A stretch of 64,000 nt of DNA, filler included, from Asterionella formosa (lineage: Eukaryota): NCBI GenBank assembly GCA_002256025.1. It is 8 parts of 8 records of this genome, joined end to end, with 100 filler letters (N's around TTAATTAATTAA, not from the genome) between each part and the next. Parts side by side here need not be neighbours in the genome. Positions count along the whole stretch, not along the records: positions 1 to 7,962 come from NKIB01012351.1; positions 8,063 to 16,023 come from NKIB01012352.1; 6 more parts are not named here. One strand, 5' to 3'. The notes beneath the pieces were generated by a model, which did no database searches, was not told the DNA's origin, and worked only from the letters and a program-made list of their open reading frames with translations. The position numbers and the translations under genes are program-made. Every line of letters begins with the position of its first letter. Positions within the stretch are counted from its first letter, which is position 1. This document shows, in pieces, positions 1 to 11,684 of the stretch.

Positions 1-470
1 GTGAAATAAGCTCAATGGGAAACGAAGAATGGTCCGGCAGCGACGATATTCTTCATCTGATATTCGGTAACACGAGACACATTTATGATATTGGTATGAT
101 GTTCGCAAAGAAATCTGCTCATCAATGCACCTACCGGTTTGCTGGTACCTGGTACCTGGTACTCCCCAGGTACCGGTATTCTTACTCATGGCATATCTGG
201 TACCTGGTACTGGTACCAGGTACCAGGTACCTGGTATACCGGTATTCCTTCTTACATATGTACTCCCGGTACTTGTACTCACCTATGTTCCCGGTTTACA
301 TTTATACCACCACATGACCCTGGTCCCTGATCGAGTACCAGGTACCAGGTATAACCGGGACGAATACCTGTCCCCCGTGTAATACCCACCAGCCACTCCC
401 GTATGCACAACTTGTATAGCTACCGGCAATTTGCGTTCCTATCATCGTCTTGAAATTCGTGCACCAGGTA

Positions 471-1960
471 CCAGTAAAAAACTGCCATGACCCATTGAGT
501 TAGGGTGTTTGTTTGACTTCTCCGACTAAAGGTAAATTCTATCGAATTTCGGACCCATCTGTTTGATAGTGTCAGAACAGCATCGATCAATCAAGCTGTC
601 GTGTTGAAATTCTAGTTGAATGATTACATCAGAAGATACAATGATAATAAAACAGCTAAGAGGTGATTTCAATGGGTCATGGCAGTATATACTTTTTTTC
701 TGAATAAATGTATATAAATTTATATACATTTTCGAGGACGGATTAGGTCATGTGTTAACGCACTTTTATTTCATTATACCTTTTTACTAAAAAAAATATA
801 TTCAAGATGCCACACCTTCCACCATCATGATGCTCCTCCAACTTTCAAGTCCAAAGGTCAGATCATTGCAATCCCATTGGCCACAGCATCACCTGCATCT
901 TCAGCAGCATGCTGAGGATCAGGAAGCTGTGCTGCAGCAAGTGCATATCGTGGAATCTGCTCCCCTCAATGGCAAGTGTCGATGTACCTTTGAAGCAGCT
1001 GTTACCTTGTACTTGGTACTGGTGCATCACCCTCATGTTTATAAAAAATTACAAGAGTTCTGAGTTCAGTCACATTGCATGATTCAATCGGCTTGTTTCC
1101 AGTTGCTCTCACAGCATCAACCTTGTCCACCATTTTTGAAATCGAATATTTGCTCGCTTTTCCTTTTTGTCTTGTGCAAGCTGTTGTATTTTCATAACTT
1201 CTTTTGCATGATACCAAAGTTCTGGACCAAGTCAACCACAGTTACCAGCAGCAAAAAGTAGTCCAGCAGTAATCCTTTTGTGTTGATCTATTGCAGCCTG
1301 TGCTGTTTACTTTCGTTTCCTTGCATGATCATCAGCATCTATTCCATTCCTTGCATCTTCTCTCTTGCGAAAGGCAACAATTTTTTCTGTCAATGACCCA
1401 GAATATCCGTCTGTCAGATTCAGCATTTCAGGAGTTACATTCGAGTTGGTTGTGGTTCCAGCAAGTGATGAATTGAGTTGAGTGCTTGTATTCTGTATTT
1501 CCGCAGTGAGCAGAAGGTTACAGTTGAGAGGCCCCCATCCTCGTTCTGAGACTGCTTTTCTGTTTGTTCTTTTATTTGCAAAGCTTTTTCCCCAGGCAGT
1601 TGAAACAAGGGCAACAATGTCAGATTTCTCAATAGCAAAAGGCAAATCATGTTCAGTCTTTTTGGTAAGTAGGTCTTGCTTTGCAACTGTCAGTTCCATT
1701 TTGAAACTTCCATTCTGCTCCGACGAATCTCCGACTTGCCAGTAGGAGGTTCCATAAGGGACACCTATACACACACTCCATGGGGTCAAAGGGCTGTTGA
1801 TATATTCGAGAAAGGTGCAATCGAATCTGGAGCCATGTCCATCTAGGATGAGGAAAGGGTTTATTCCATCACTGCAGTCAAACAATTCCAAAGAATCCAT
1901 TTGGGCCAACATTCTCACCAACAGTTCTGCAGTAATGCTTCCTGATTCCGAACAACATAA
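471..1960 (-). mobile_element. pogo/Tc5-like (DDE_1) DNA transposon remnant: catalytic region, decayed C-terminus and 3' end
   Basis: ORF 1307-1921 has DDE_1-type motifs FLILDGHGSR and CIGVPYGTSYWQVGDSSEQNGSFK. The frame extends upstream (LCCSESGSITAELL) to ~1960. Downstream it has stops and frameshifts. Confidence 0.75.
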
Positions 1961-1996
1961 GTAACTAACAACATCAATGAGTGAACCAATTCCAAT

Positions 1997-2256
1997 ATAA
2001 AATTAAAATAAATATTTTAAAGTACATTAAGCAAAGCTTTCCAATAATCGCACTTGTGCTTACATGAATGGAAACAAATAGTAGTACCAGTTTTATTCAT
2101 CTGTACAGTATAACGGGACCTTTCTCTTCATCGGCCTCACCCCGCCCCCGGAACCCTGCTGCATAGGGACTACATGAACGAAAGACAAGTGTAGAATGAT
2201 GGAATTGAACCCGCAACCTCCTTCATTAGGTGTGCTAACCAATTAAGTCATTCCCC
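1997..2256 (-). mobile_element. tRNA-derived SINE, copy 1
   Basis: Reverse complement reads GGGAATGACTTAATTGG (A box)...GGTTCAATTCC (B box)...GTGCGATTATTGG...AT-rich tail, homologous to 42001 and 46878. Flanked by a degenerate 15-bp TSD: TGAACCAATTCCAAT (1982-1996) and TGAGCCAAGTCCAAT (2257-2271). Confidence 0.85.
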
Positions 2257-2679
2257 TGAGCCAAGTCCAATGTAAGGCACCCAGAAAGTGCTTACCAGCA
2301 AGTCGTTGATTTGAGGGAAATTGCAGTTGGCTGCACCAAAAATGATCCGCCAAATTTCTCGGAGCAGCCAAGTCGGGAGGAGGCGAGATGGAGGATTAGT
2401 ATACAATTTTCAGTCTGGAGATCAAAACATGTTGTTAGTTGTTGCATCCGAATCCTATTTGTACATTACAACAACTCAATGTGAAAGATAATTGTCAACA
2501 AAACAAATTTTTATGAATGATACAGGAGTATACGACTCTTATGCTGATGACATGATTTCCACATATCCAAAATGTCAATTAATTTTTATAGTACATTAAA
2601 GCCATCCAATAATTACACTCAGGCCCACCAAATAGATGGACACAATTAGTACCGGTTTTATTTGTCCATACAGTGTGTA

Positions 2680-2746
2680 AAAATCCTGTACCACTTAGCG
2701 TATGATACCTTTGATCCTTTATGCATGATACTTTTATTTGCAGACA
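2680..2746 (-). mobile_element. Terminal fragment of the Plavaka-like family
   Basis: Reverse complement TGTCTGCAAATAAAAGTATCATGCATAAAGGATCAAAGGTATCATACGCTAAGTGGTACAGGATTT matches the terminus at 51833. Confidence 0.7.
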
Positions 2747-2757
2747 GACTCCACTTT

Positions 2758-3525
2758 CCTGCTGGTAACTGTGGTTGACTTGGTCCAGAACTTTAGGATC
2801 ATGCAAAAGAAGTTATGAAAATACAGCAGGTTGCACGAGACGAAAAAGAAAAGCGAGCAAATGTTCGATTTCAAAAAGTGGTGGACAAAGTTGATGCTGT
2901 GAGAGCAACTGGAAACAAGCCGATTGAATCATAAATGTGACCAAACTCAGAACTTTTGTAATTTGGTATAAATGTGAGGGTGATATGCACCAGTCCCTTA
3001 TACAAGGCAACAGCTGCTTCAAAGGTACATCAACACTTGCCATCGTGCGGAGCAGATTACACGAAATGCACTTGCTGCATCACAGCTTCCTGATCCTCAC
3101 TCTGTACTATGCTGCTGAAGATGCAGGTGATGCTGTGACCAATGGGATCACAATGATCTGGCCATTGGACTTGAAAGTCGGAGGAACATCATGATGGTGG
3201 AAGGTGCAGTACATCATGAATTTAGGTTTAGTAAAAAGGTATAATGAAATAAAAGTGCTTTAACACATTATCCATCCTCGAGAATGTATATAAACATATA
3301 TCCATTTATCTAGAAAAAAAATATACTGCTGTTACCATTGAGATCACTTCTTAGCTGTTTTATATTCATTCAACAATTAGAACTTCAACATAACAGCTTG
3401 ATTGATCAATGCTGTTCTGACTATTGAACAAACAGTTCCGAAATTCGATAGAATTTATCTTTAGTCGGAGAGGTCAAACAAACACCCTAACTCAATGGGT
3501 CGTCATGGCAGTTTTTTACTGGTGC
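2758..3525 (+). mobile_element. Second, inverted copy of the pogo-like transposon 3' end
   Basis: Reverse complement of ~471-1258; for example CTCAATGGGTCGTCATGGCAGTTTTTTACTGG versus CCAGTAAAAAACTGCCATGACCCATTGAG. Confidence 0.85.
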
Positions 3526-3824
3526 CATCCCATCATGTCCTGAGTAGGGCAAAACCAGTGGTTAAGGTTCCTGCATTTGAAACCCTAGGCAAAAATTAAA
3601 ATATTGCTTACGGTTGCCGAAATTCCCTGGAACTAAAAATATATATATGAGCTATTTTTGAATGACATGATTTCATTTGAAATATTTAAATAAGTGGAAA
3701 TTTGCGGATACGTACGTAGATTCCTTTTCGAATTCGCTAAATATAAATACACACATTCTGCGTCGCTGAATGTATATATTCCCTATAATACGATCAACAT
3801 ATACGTGTTGTACGAGCTGGCACC

Positions 3825-4349
3825 ATGGCAAATATTGTTGATGACTATATACCGGTAAGAAACACCAAACAAATGCAACAATCCACTATGAGTGAAAATA
3901 CACACCATTTGGACAACAATGGCGTCTTCGAATTCAACTACAGTCATGATACATGTCCAACATGTCAAGACCGGTTAATTGTAGAGTCGGAATTGGAGGG
4001 TTGTGAGGCACGTATCTTCTGCAAATGCTGCGATTTTGGTTGCCCTGAATGTCAGTGCCGATGAGATGAAATTGAAGAGTTGGTGGATAAGTTTTTGGAA
4101 GATGATTTCATTCTCACAAGAACAAAGGATGAAGACATCACGCCATCAAAAGGGCGCAATCTTGTCTACAAGTTTTTGATAAAAACTTTTTGTGGACCAT
4201 TTGGTAAAGGTGTTTGGCAGCAACTCCCTGACTGTTGTTTGAAAGGGGTTCGATCCCTCTTGAAAAACAAGCACCCAAACTAAGAGTACTACACTGGTTT
4301 CAAACCAAATCCCAAATGTTCTAAACATTCTAAATCTAGTAGTGATTAG
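3825..4349 (+). pseudogene. KolX-like protein (P2X7 ballast-like, Cys-rich) of the Kolobok element
   Basis: One frame with two premature stops: CPTC...CKCCDFGCPEC...GRNLVYKFLIKTFCGPFGKGVWQQLPDCCLKGVRSLL...YTGF. This matches the RxxxYxxF...GxLGxGxRxxLPxC...IR...YxGF pattern. Confidence 0.7.
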
Positions 4350-4515
4350 TGTTTTTACTGTTTTCATTTATTTTATTAGTAAATTAACTTCAATCCACCT
4401 ACGTACGTGGTTTCAAAAACTTCTAGAAGTGAGGTGGCATGAAATAACAAATAGAATTTTATTTTTACACTCTAACAAATCGACCACAAAAAACACCAAC
4501 AACTAAAGAGAAATC

Positions 4516-6680
4516 ATGCCACGTTCCAGTGGTGGCCGTCTCATTTCCGAAATTGGAGTTGGTGGTAACAAAGGAGGACGAAATATAGTCGCCGATGAAA
4601 ATCAGAATTGGTGGACCTCTAAAATGCCTTTTCTTCCCCCTAAAAACACATCACCAATTGAAACATACTCTCAACTGAATGTCAATCATATAATCGACTT
4701 TAATTCATTATCAAAATTGCTGCAGGAAGATATGTATTGCAAAAGTTGCGTGAATGATTTTGTAGAAGAATATTGCTAACGATCACTTCGTGACTTTGTA
4801 ACTTACTTTACATCAAATCGAAAGCAAAAGCTGTCCATCGAACAGCAATGTGAAGCATTTCTAGAACAGGATGTGTTTGACTATCCGATTTCAACAATGA
4901 ACCAACCGTTGATTGCTGTTTATACTGAAAATTACGGCTTGGCAAGCCAATTCAAAGTCTCCTGCTTGACCTGTCAGAAACTGATTTCTAAAATTGAATC
5001 TTCAAGAAGCAACAGCGATGGAGACAGAAATGATGTGATAAGAAATAATTCAATAGAAGCAAAAGACTTTTCTATTAACAAACAGTTTATCTTTGGTTGT
5101 CATGAAGCCGGAATGGGACCGGCTGATGCTGATATCATCTGCTCCGCAATGAACTTACCACTTACCTTTGGGTTTTGGTCTACGCAAGGTAACTTCGGTG
5201 TTGTAGAAGAAGTGGTGGTCGGAAAGGCGGAAGTTGCTGCAACTGCTCTTGCAATGAAAGAGGCGTGTCAGGAAGAAATATATCTGACACTCAATATGCA
5301 TGAACGAGGAGACTGGGCTGACAAAGGACGTGATTTTCAGTGGTGGAACAGTCTTACTGGTATAAACCGCTTCTCTGTACTGAACATGCCATGACTCACA
5401 GTTAGTTATGATATGGGATGACAGCAGCGGTCCAGCGGAGTAAGTGGACATGCTTTTTGTATTGGGGGCTACACGAAAAAATACTAGACTACAGAGTGAA
5501 ATCTAAGGTCTGGAATGTGTACGACAGGGCTATACGGTACAAGAAACCAACCAAGGAACATGTTTGTCCCAAGAATCATGTAACTGGTAGTTCGAAGGCA
5601 ATGGAAGAACCAGATGCCGGTATGGAAATGATGATTGATGCAGTTATGAAATACAATGTCATCTACTCTACAATCATCTGTGATGATGATTCTACTATTA
5701 GAGCTGTTTCTAAATGGTCCTATAACGAGTTATTGACACTACAGCCATCCTCCCAATGGCCAAGAACATTGAAAGGATTAAAAAATCGGATAAAGGATGC
5801 CTTTCACTGACTGGTGTACCTGAACCTACATTTCTTTCTGACCCATCCCACAGAATCCGAGTCCTTCTCCACCCTGCTTTTCTGAAATTCAATGGCCCGG
5901 TCTCCCTTGAGCGTCCTTCAAAAGCTGATTGTCTCCATTTGAAAGTTTACCATGGCGCCTGGATTAAAAAAACCAGAACCTCTCTCTGGCCGAATTTAGT
6001 AATTCCTCCAAGGCACCAATCAACCATTTATTTGGCTGCCATGATTACTGCTCTGAAACATGGTGCCCTGTAAAAGCAGGAAAAATAGTTAGTAACGGAA
6101 AATATCATATGACAAGGAAAAGGGAAAAAAGTTATACGAATGGTTGATGTTGCATGTTTCAACGAAAGTCGAAGGCGAAAAACTGCTATCATTGCATCAT
6201 CTCTTTGACACGCAGATTAATGAGGCAATGAACAATGCAGTGTCGCAACGATGTCCGAAAAACAAGGAGTTTGCAGGATCCGGAGGCCTTCAAGCAATAT
6301 CGAGTGGCTTCGGGTGCGGGGCAACACACACAAGGAGCAACACAATACACAAGGGATTTATACGAGCAATGTGGAATGCAGATGCCAGCACTCCAAGAAT
6401 CCTTCTGGAGACAAAAGGAGAAGAGACGAAGTGACGATGGAGCCTACAAAGCGCAATTCAAACGAAAGAGGAAACAAAACGAAAAAATACATGCAGCACG
6501 AATTGAAACAGTCAAACAAGAAAGGCAAGACAACAAATCAGGTAAGACTTACGGTTCTGGTGTTGCGTTAAGAGGGGAACATGAGGAAACAAGAAAAAAG
6601 GAAGGAATGTCTGCAATCATTGTGGCTGCAATGATCATCAAAGGAAAAGCAGCACACTCTGTCCATTCAATGGAGGCAAA
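4516..6680 (+). pseudogene. Kolobok/'Mutator-like' DDE transposase with C-terminal zinc knuckle
   Basis: Fragmented frames give GLASQFKVSC, VSYDMG*QQRSSG, KILDYRVKSK, HVCPKNHVTGSSKAME, IICDDDS, TQINEAMNNAVSQRCPK, TYGSGV and CNHCGCNDHQRKSSTLCP. Confidence 0.75.
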
Positions 6681-7962
6681 GTGCATTCTAGTACTAGTAC
6701 TGGAATGCGTACGATCACTGAAAATCAACTACCTACTGTGGATATTGTACCAGCCAACACCCAAGAAAATGTTACATGTGCATCCAATGTGGCCAGTGCG
6801 GCTTTGCAAGACTGCGCAAACCAGGCCAATCAAATGTTGGTAAGTAATTGAACTTTACCAATCAAATTCTTTTTTGCGAAGCGGGTACTTACAATGGAAT
6901 TTTTCGAACAGGAGATTGTAGGACGAAAAATTGAATCACAAGACTCTTATTCCGATGATGATGTTTTGGTGATTGTTTTGGTGATTAGTGATTCTGATTC
7001 TGACATTCTTGAGACCGTTGAAAAGGCTGATGTTGTCAAATTTTTGGACGACAACAGCTGAACGTTGACAGGGTTTGAAGAAGAGTTAAGTACATAGGTG
7101 ATCTTCGTATAGCCCCAGAAGTTAACTTTCGGCAAGAAAGTGCACAAAGGATCTTCGGTTTTTTTACTAGACCAAAAAAACGAGTTGGCCTGGTAAAATC
7201 CACTATTTTCAGCATAGTTAAAAAACCCAAGTTCCTTTCTGCACTTTCTCACCAGATCCTATATCCTGATAATATATACTAGCGTTGACCTATACCCCTA
7301 CTTTGTCAGAAGGCTGTTTCTAAGCATACGGAAAGGGTGAAGGCTCCGTTTAGCGATATACATTTATGTTTTACTCGTATGAAGTGTATGTTCGACTATT
7401 CTGACTTGATATTATTTTTTTAACCTTACCTCGAGCTAGTATTGGGTAGGTTGAATTTTACCGACAACAGGGGGGGGGGGGTACCTGTTACCAGGTATCG
7501 GTACCAGGTACCAGGTGCATTGTACCTGGTTACCGTGTACCAGGTACCTGGTACCGGGACTTGTCGAACACGGAATACTATAGCTTAGTTGCTATGGCTA
7601 AGCGCGAGGTCGCCTCAATCATCATCAGCCACATCATTGCTTTGCTTGTTTTTAAATCTTAAATTTAATTACATATTGCGATTTGTATACATTTAATGAT
7701 CAGTAACAATGATGGTGGGATTGCTTGGACGGCATTCCGATAGCAGGTACTCCCTACCAGGTACTACCAGGTACCCTGGTATCAGTTACCGGTATAATGG
7801 TTGGGCGGCAGAACCAAGATTTCTCACAAAATACAAATAAAATCCTTTTTCGCAAAGCGAAGATATTTGTTGTCTCCTCAACCAAAGCGTCTTTTTGTCG
7901 AGCAAGCAGGTGGTAACAAAGTGTCAGATTGGATCAGGACAAGAGGAGTGGATTACAGAGAA

Positions 7963-8062
7963 NNNNNNNNNNNNNNNNNNNNNNNNNNNNNNNNNNNNNN
8001 NNNNNNTTAATTAATTAANNNNNNNNNNNNNNNNNNNNNNNNNNNNNNNNNNNNNNNNNNNN
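7963..8062. other. Artificial contig spacer N44-TTAATTAATTAA-N44 (also 16024-16123, 24081-24180, 32136-32235, 40185-40284, 48231-48330, 56278-56377)
   Basis: Identical 100-bp blocks carrying a six-frame stop linker, about every 8.05 kb. Confidence 0.97.
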
Positions 8063-8072
8063 TCCGAGTAAA

Positions 8073-8847
8073 ATGTCTATCGTTGGAAACAACCGTGTTG
8101 GTATTCCAATTGTCTTGCTGCACGACGCGGAAGGTGCAGTCATTACTGTGGAAACTAAGCAAGGCGAGTTGATTCGAGGTCTGTTGTTTGAAGCTGAAGA
8201 CATGATGAATCTTTATATCAAGAATGCGGTTATTACTGATCCTAAAGGAGTCAAACGCAAGACAAATCAAGTCTATTTGCGAGGACCAGAAATTCTTTTC
8301 ATTGTCCTGCCTACGATGCTGCAGCATGCTCCCATGTTTGGAAGGTACGTGTGTGTGTTGTTCTCCATGTGTCTTCTTTATGTGCGTTTAGACGGTAGTT
8401 AGACTCGTAAGGTCGGATACTTCTACTTGATGGTCGCTTTGTAGTTTCAAGGTGAGTGCTTTGCTACTGGATCATTGCTAACCTACCTTTTGGCTCTGAT
8501 CTGACCACTGTTGCACAAACATATTCAGAATTAAGCACTGGCGGAAACATGGTGGAGCTCCGCCAGAAGGAGTTGGGGCCGCGGTAGGTCAAGCGGCTGC
8601 CATCTTGAGAAAGGCCAACGAGAGACGACGAGGAGGTTTCGGTGGCAGAGGTGGTGGCGGAGGAGGAGGAGGAAGCGGTAGATTTGGGAGAGGTCCTGGA
8701 GGGTCAGAGGGAGGACCGCCAGGGCGTGGTGGGTTTTCTGGTGGACGAGGACAGCCGTTTGCTGGCAGGGGATATAGTCGACCCTTTGGTGGGCCTCCTG
8801 GTGGCCAGTATGGTGGACCTCCAAGTGGCCAGTATGGTCCACGATGA
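8073..8847 (+). CDS. SMD3: Small nuclear ribonucleoprotein Sm D3 (exons 8073-8344, 8529-8847)
   Basis: VGIPIVLLHDAEGAVITVETKQGELIRGLLFEAEDMMN...VYLRG...P.ML.HAPMF. A GT-AG intron joins it in frame to an RGG-rich tail. Confidence 0.9.
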
Positions 8848-9673
8848 GACAGTTGTTAGTATTATTAGTTGAAAAAACAAAAAGGAAACTACTACCCTAC
8901 TTACTTGATCGAACATCAAATAAAGGAATTGAACAAATAATGGTACAGTACGAATTGCTGATGGTAGGTTAGTTGCAGCCGCATAAAAAATGGGTGAGTG
9001 CAGTATCTCCAGCGAAACAATCGTGTGATCTAACCAGCGCATAAAGACTGGCAACACACATGCATATTACAAAGGGGTCAGAAAAGCTGCAACTCGTTGT
9101 GTTTACATATTAATGACAATAACAACATACGCTATGTTATACTGGGCTACTTGGAGTGCAATGCATGATCATACTGGTAGTTCTAATGGGATTGATTGGG
9201 GGTCATAGGCATATGAGAATACACTTCATACATGAATAACTAAAATTCAAAAGCACGATGATCAAATCACTACAGTGGATAGATAGATATGTGATTTACT
9301 ACTGCATGAAGATGTACGCATATTTTTTACAATTGAGATCTACTTACCGGTAGCGGCATTTCATTAAATGAACACTGCCTACTACCGGTACTCTGGTATG
9401 TACATTTACGAGTCTCATCGAGATGACGGTGAGGAGGTCGGGACTTCCTATGAATGATACCCATGTTGGAAGACGTTTCGTAGTACCATAGTAGTGTACG
9501 AGAAGAAATGATCGTCACATGATGTGCACCAAGGATTTTTTTCGATCCTCCTTCTTTCTTCGTTTCACACTTCTCTCGAAAGATCGAAACCCATCCTACT
9601 ATTTGCTGGTGGTAACCGGGTACTAATCACCTGCGCCTCAAAACTTTTTCACCAACCGCAAAATAAAACGAAA

Positions 9674-11497
9674 ATGTTACGCGCCGTTGTCCAACGAAGT
9701 GCTCCTAGAGCCACTCATGGCGCCATCCGCCTCATGAGCAAGGAGATCAAATTTGGTGTTGAGGGACGAGCAGCCATGCTGAGAGGAGTTGACCTCTTGG
9801 CGAATACTGTCCAGGTAAGGAGCGTTTTGATGGGTTATGTGTCCGTCGCATCACTTTCTAAGAACATCGTACTGACTAACAGATGTTTGCCCATCGCCTC
9901 TGCCACTTTTGATTAGGTGACACTCGGACCCAAAGGACGCAATGTTATTATCGCCCAGCCATACGGGCCTCCCAAAATTACCAAGGATGGTGTGACTGTT
10001 GCCAAGTCCATCGATCTTGCAGACAAGTTTGAAGATATGGGCGCGCAATTAATCAAGAGTGTCGCTAGCAAAACTAACGATGTTGCCGGAGATGGAACCA
10101 CCACCGCTACGGTTCTTGCGAGAGCCATCTACTCTGAAGGCTGCAAGGCTGTGGCTGCTGGCTTGAATCCGATGGATCTTCGTAGAGGCATTCAGTTGGC
10201 TGTTGATTCAGTTGTTGATACATTGGGCAAGATTAGTCGACCCATCACTTCCAAGGAAGAGGTGGCTCAGGTTGGAACCATTTCTGCGAATGCCGATGAG
10301 GAGATTGGTGCTTTGCTTTCTGATGCTATGGAGCGAGTCGGGAAGGAGGGTGTCATCACCGTTCAGGACGGAAAGACCCTTGAGAACGAGCTTGAGGTTG
10401 TCGAAGGAATGAGATTTGAACGGGGTTTCATTTCTCCATATTTCATCACCAATCCCAAGACACAGACGGTAGAAATGGATAATCCTCTCATCCTTTTGGT
10501 CGAGAAAAAGGTCAGCTCTCTTCAGCAGATGATCCCCCTTTTGGAGTCAGTTATCAAGACGCAGGCATCGCTGTTGATCATTGCTGAAGATGTTGAGTCT
10601 GAAGCCCTTGCCACTCTCGTTGTCAACAAGCTACGAGCTGGAATCAAAGTATGTGCCGTCAAAGCACCTGGTTTCGGTGACAACCGTAAGGGAAGCATGC
10701 AAGATATTGCGATCTTGACTGGAGCGACAATTGTGTCGGAGGATGTTGGCATAAAGTTGGAGGAGGTCCAACCTATTCACCTAGGAACATGCAAGAAGGT
10801 TACCATCACCAAGAACGATACTATCCTGTTGGACGGAGGTGGTGACAGTGCCGTACTTGCCGAGAGATGCGACTTTATCCGTGATTCCATCGAAACCACG
10901 AAGTCAGACTATGAGCGTGAAAAACTCCAAGAGAGACTCGCCAAGCTCTCCGGTGGAGTTGCTATTATCAAGGTGGGAGGTGCTTCCGAAATTGAAGTTA
11001 ATGAAAAGAAGGATCGCGTCGTTGATGCTCTGAATGCTACCCGAGCTGCTGTCGAAGAAGGCATTGTTCCAGGAGGAGGAAAGGCCCTGCTTTACGCATC
11101 CACACTTCTGCCAGCCATTGCGGACAAGTATGCTAAAAATATGGACCAACGCATTGGAATTGAGATTATTCAACGTGCGCTCCGTGCCCCGATTACCACT
11201 ATTGCTGCTAACGCCGGAGAGGAAGGAGCTGTAGTCTGCGGTGAGCTCACAAAACCTGGTGTCGCCATTGAGCTAGGATTTAATGCAGCCGATGGAACTT
11301 ACGTCGATATGTTCGCTGCCGGAATCATTGACCCCACCAAAGTAACGCGAACAGGACTCGTTGATGCTGCATCTGTTTCTGGTCTGCTGACAACCTCTGA
11401 AGCTATGATTGTTGATAAGCCTGAAGAGGGCGGTGCGCCAGGAGGTGGCATGGGAGGTGGTATGGGTGGAATGGGAGGCATGGGTGGCATGATGTAA
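9674..11497 (+). CDS. HSP60: Mitochondrial chaperonin 60 (exons 9674-9814, 9917-11497)
   Basis: Arg-rich presequence, [25 protein letters not shown] and a C-terminal GGM repeat. Phase-0 GT-AG intron. Confidence 0.97.
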
Positions 11498-11684
11498 TCA
11501 CGTTTAGAGAAATAAAATACTCACTTGCACACTCATTATAGTGGAGTAGACTATTTGAAGCAAATCTAGGTAGGTGCTTAGAGTTAAAATAATCCAGAAA
11601 TTCCGACAAACATGCGAATCACCACGAAAACTCCAACATTCGATAGGGCAATCGAAATCTAATTCTCATAAGGGATACACCTTA

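Larger units (their letters stand above)
3566..7439 (+). mobile_element. Kolobok-type DNA transposon (decayed, right TIR clipped)
   Basis: Begins TTAA|GGTTCCTGCATTTGAAACCCTAG. Carries a KolX-like ORF and a DDE transposase. Its 3' region (7330-7439) matches 20200-20304, where the full right TIR CTAGGGGTTCAAATGTAGCAACC|TTAA survives. Confidence 0.75.

Noticed and set aside
15..382. Short ORFs over the GGTACC-rich tract, plus antisense ORFs over real genes and ORFs spanning N runs
   Set aside because: Low-complexity, shadow-frame or gap artefacts.
2327..2400. Helitron 3' hairpin (TTGGCTGC...GCAGCCAA)
   Set aside because: No CTRR terminus at the expected distance and no other Helitron evidence.
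6235..7439. Fanzor/TnpB nuclease with omegaRNA at the transposon 3' end
   Set aside because: No RuvC motifs or TnpB zinc-finger arrangement are recognisable. The coding sequence fits a Kolobok transposase tail.
9460..9600. Heat-shock element upstream of HSP60
   Set aside because: Only imperfect nGAAn/nTTCn units; no clear triple array.
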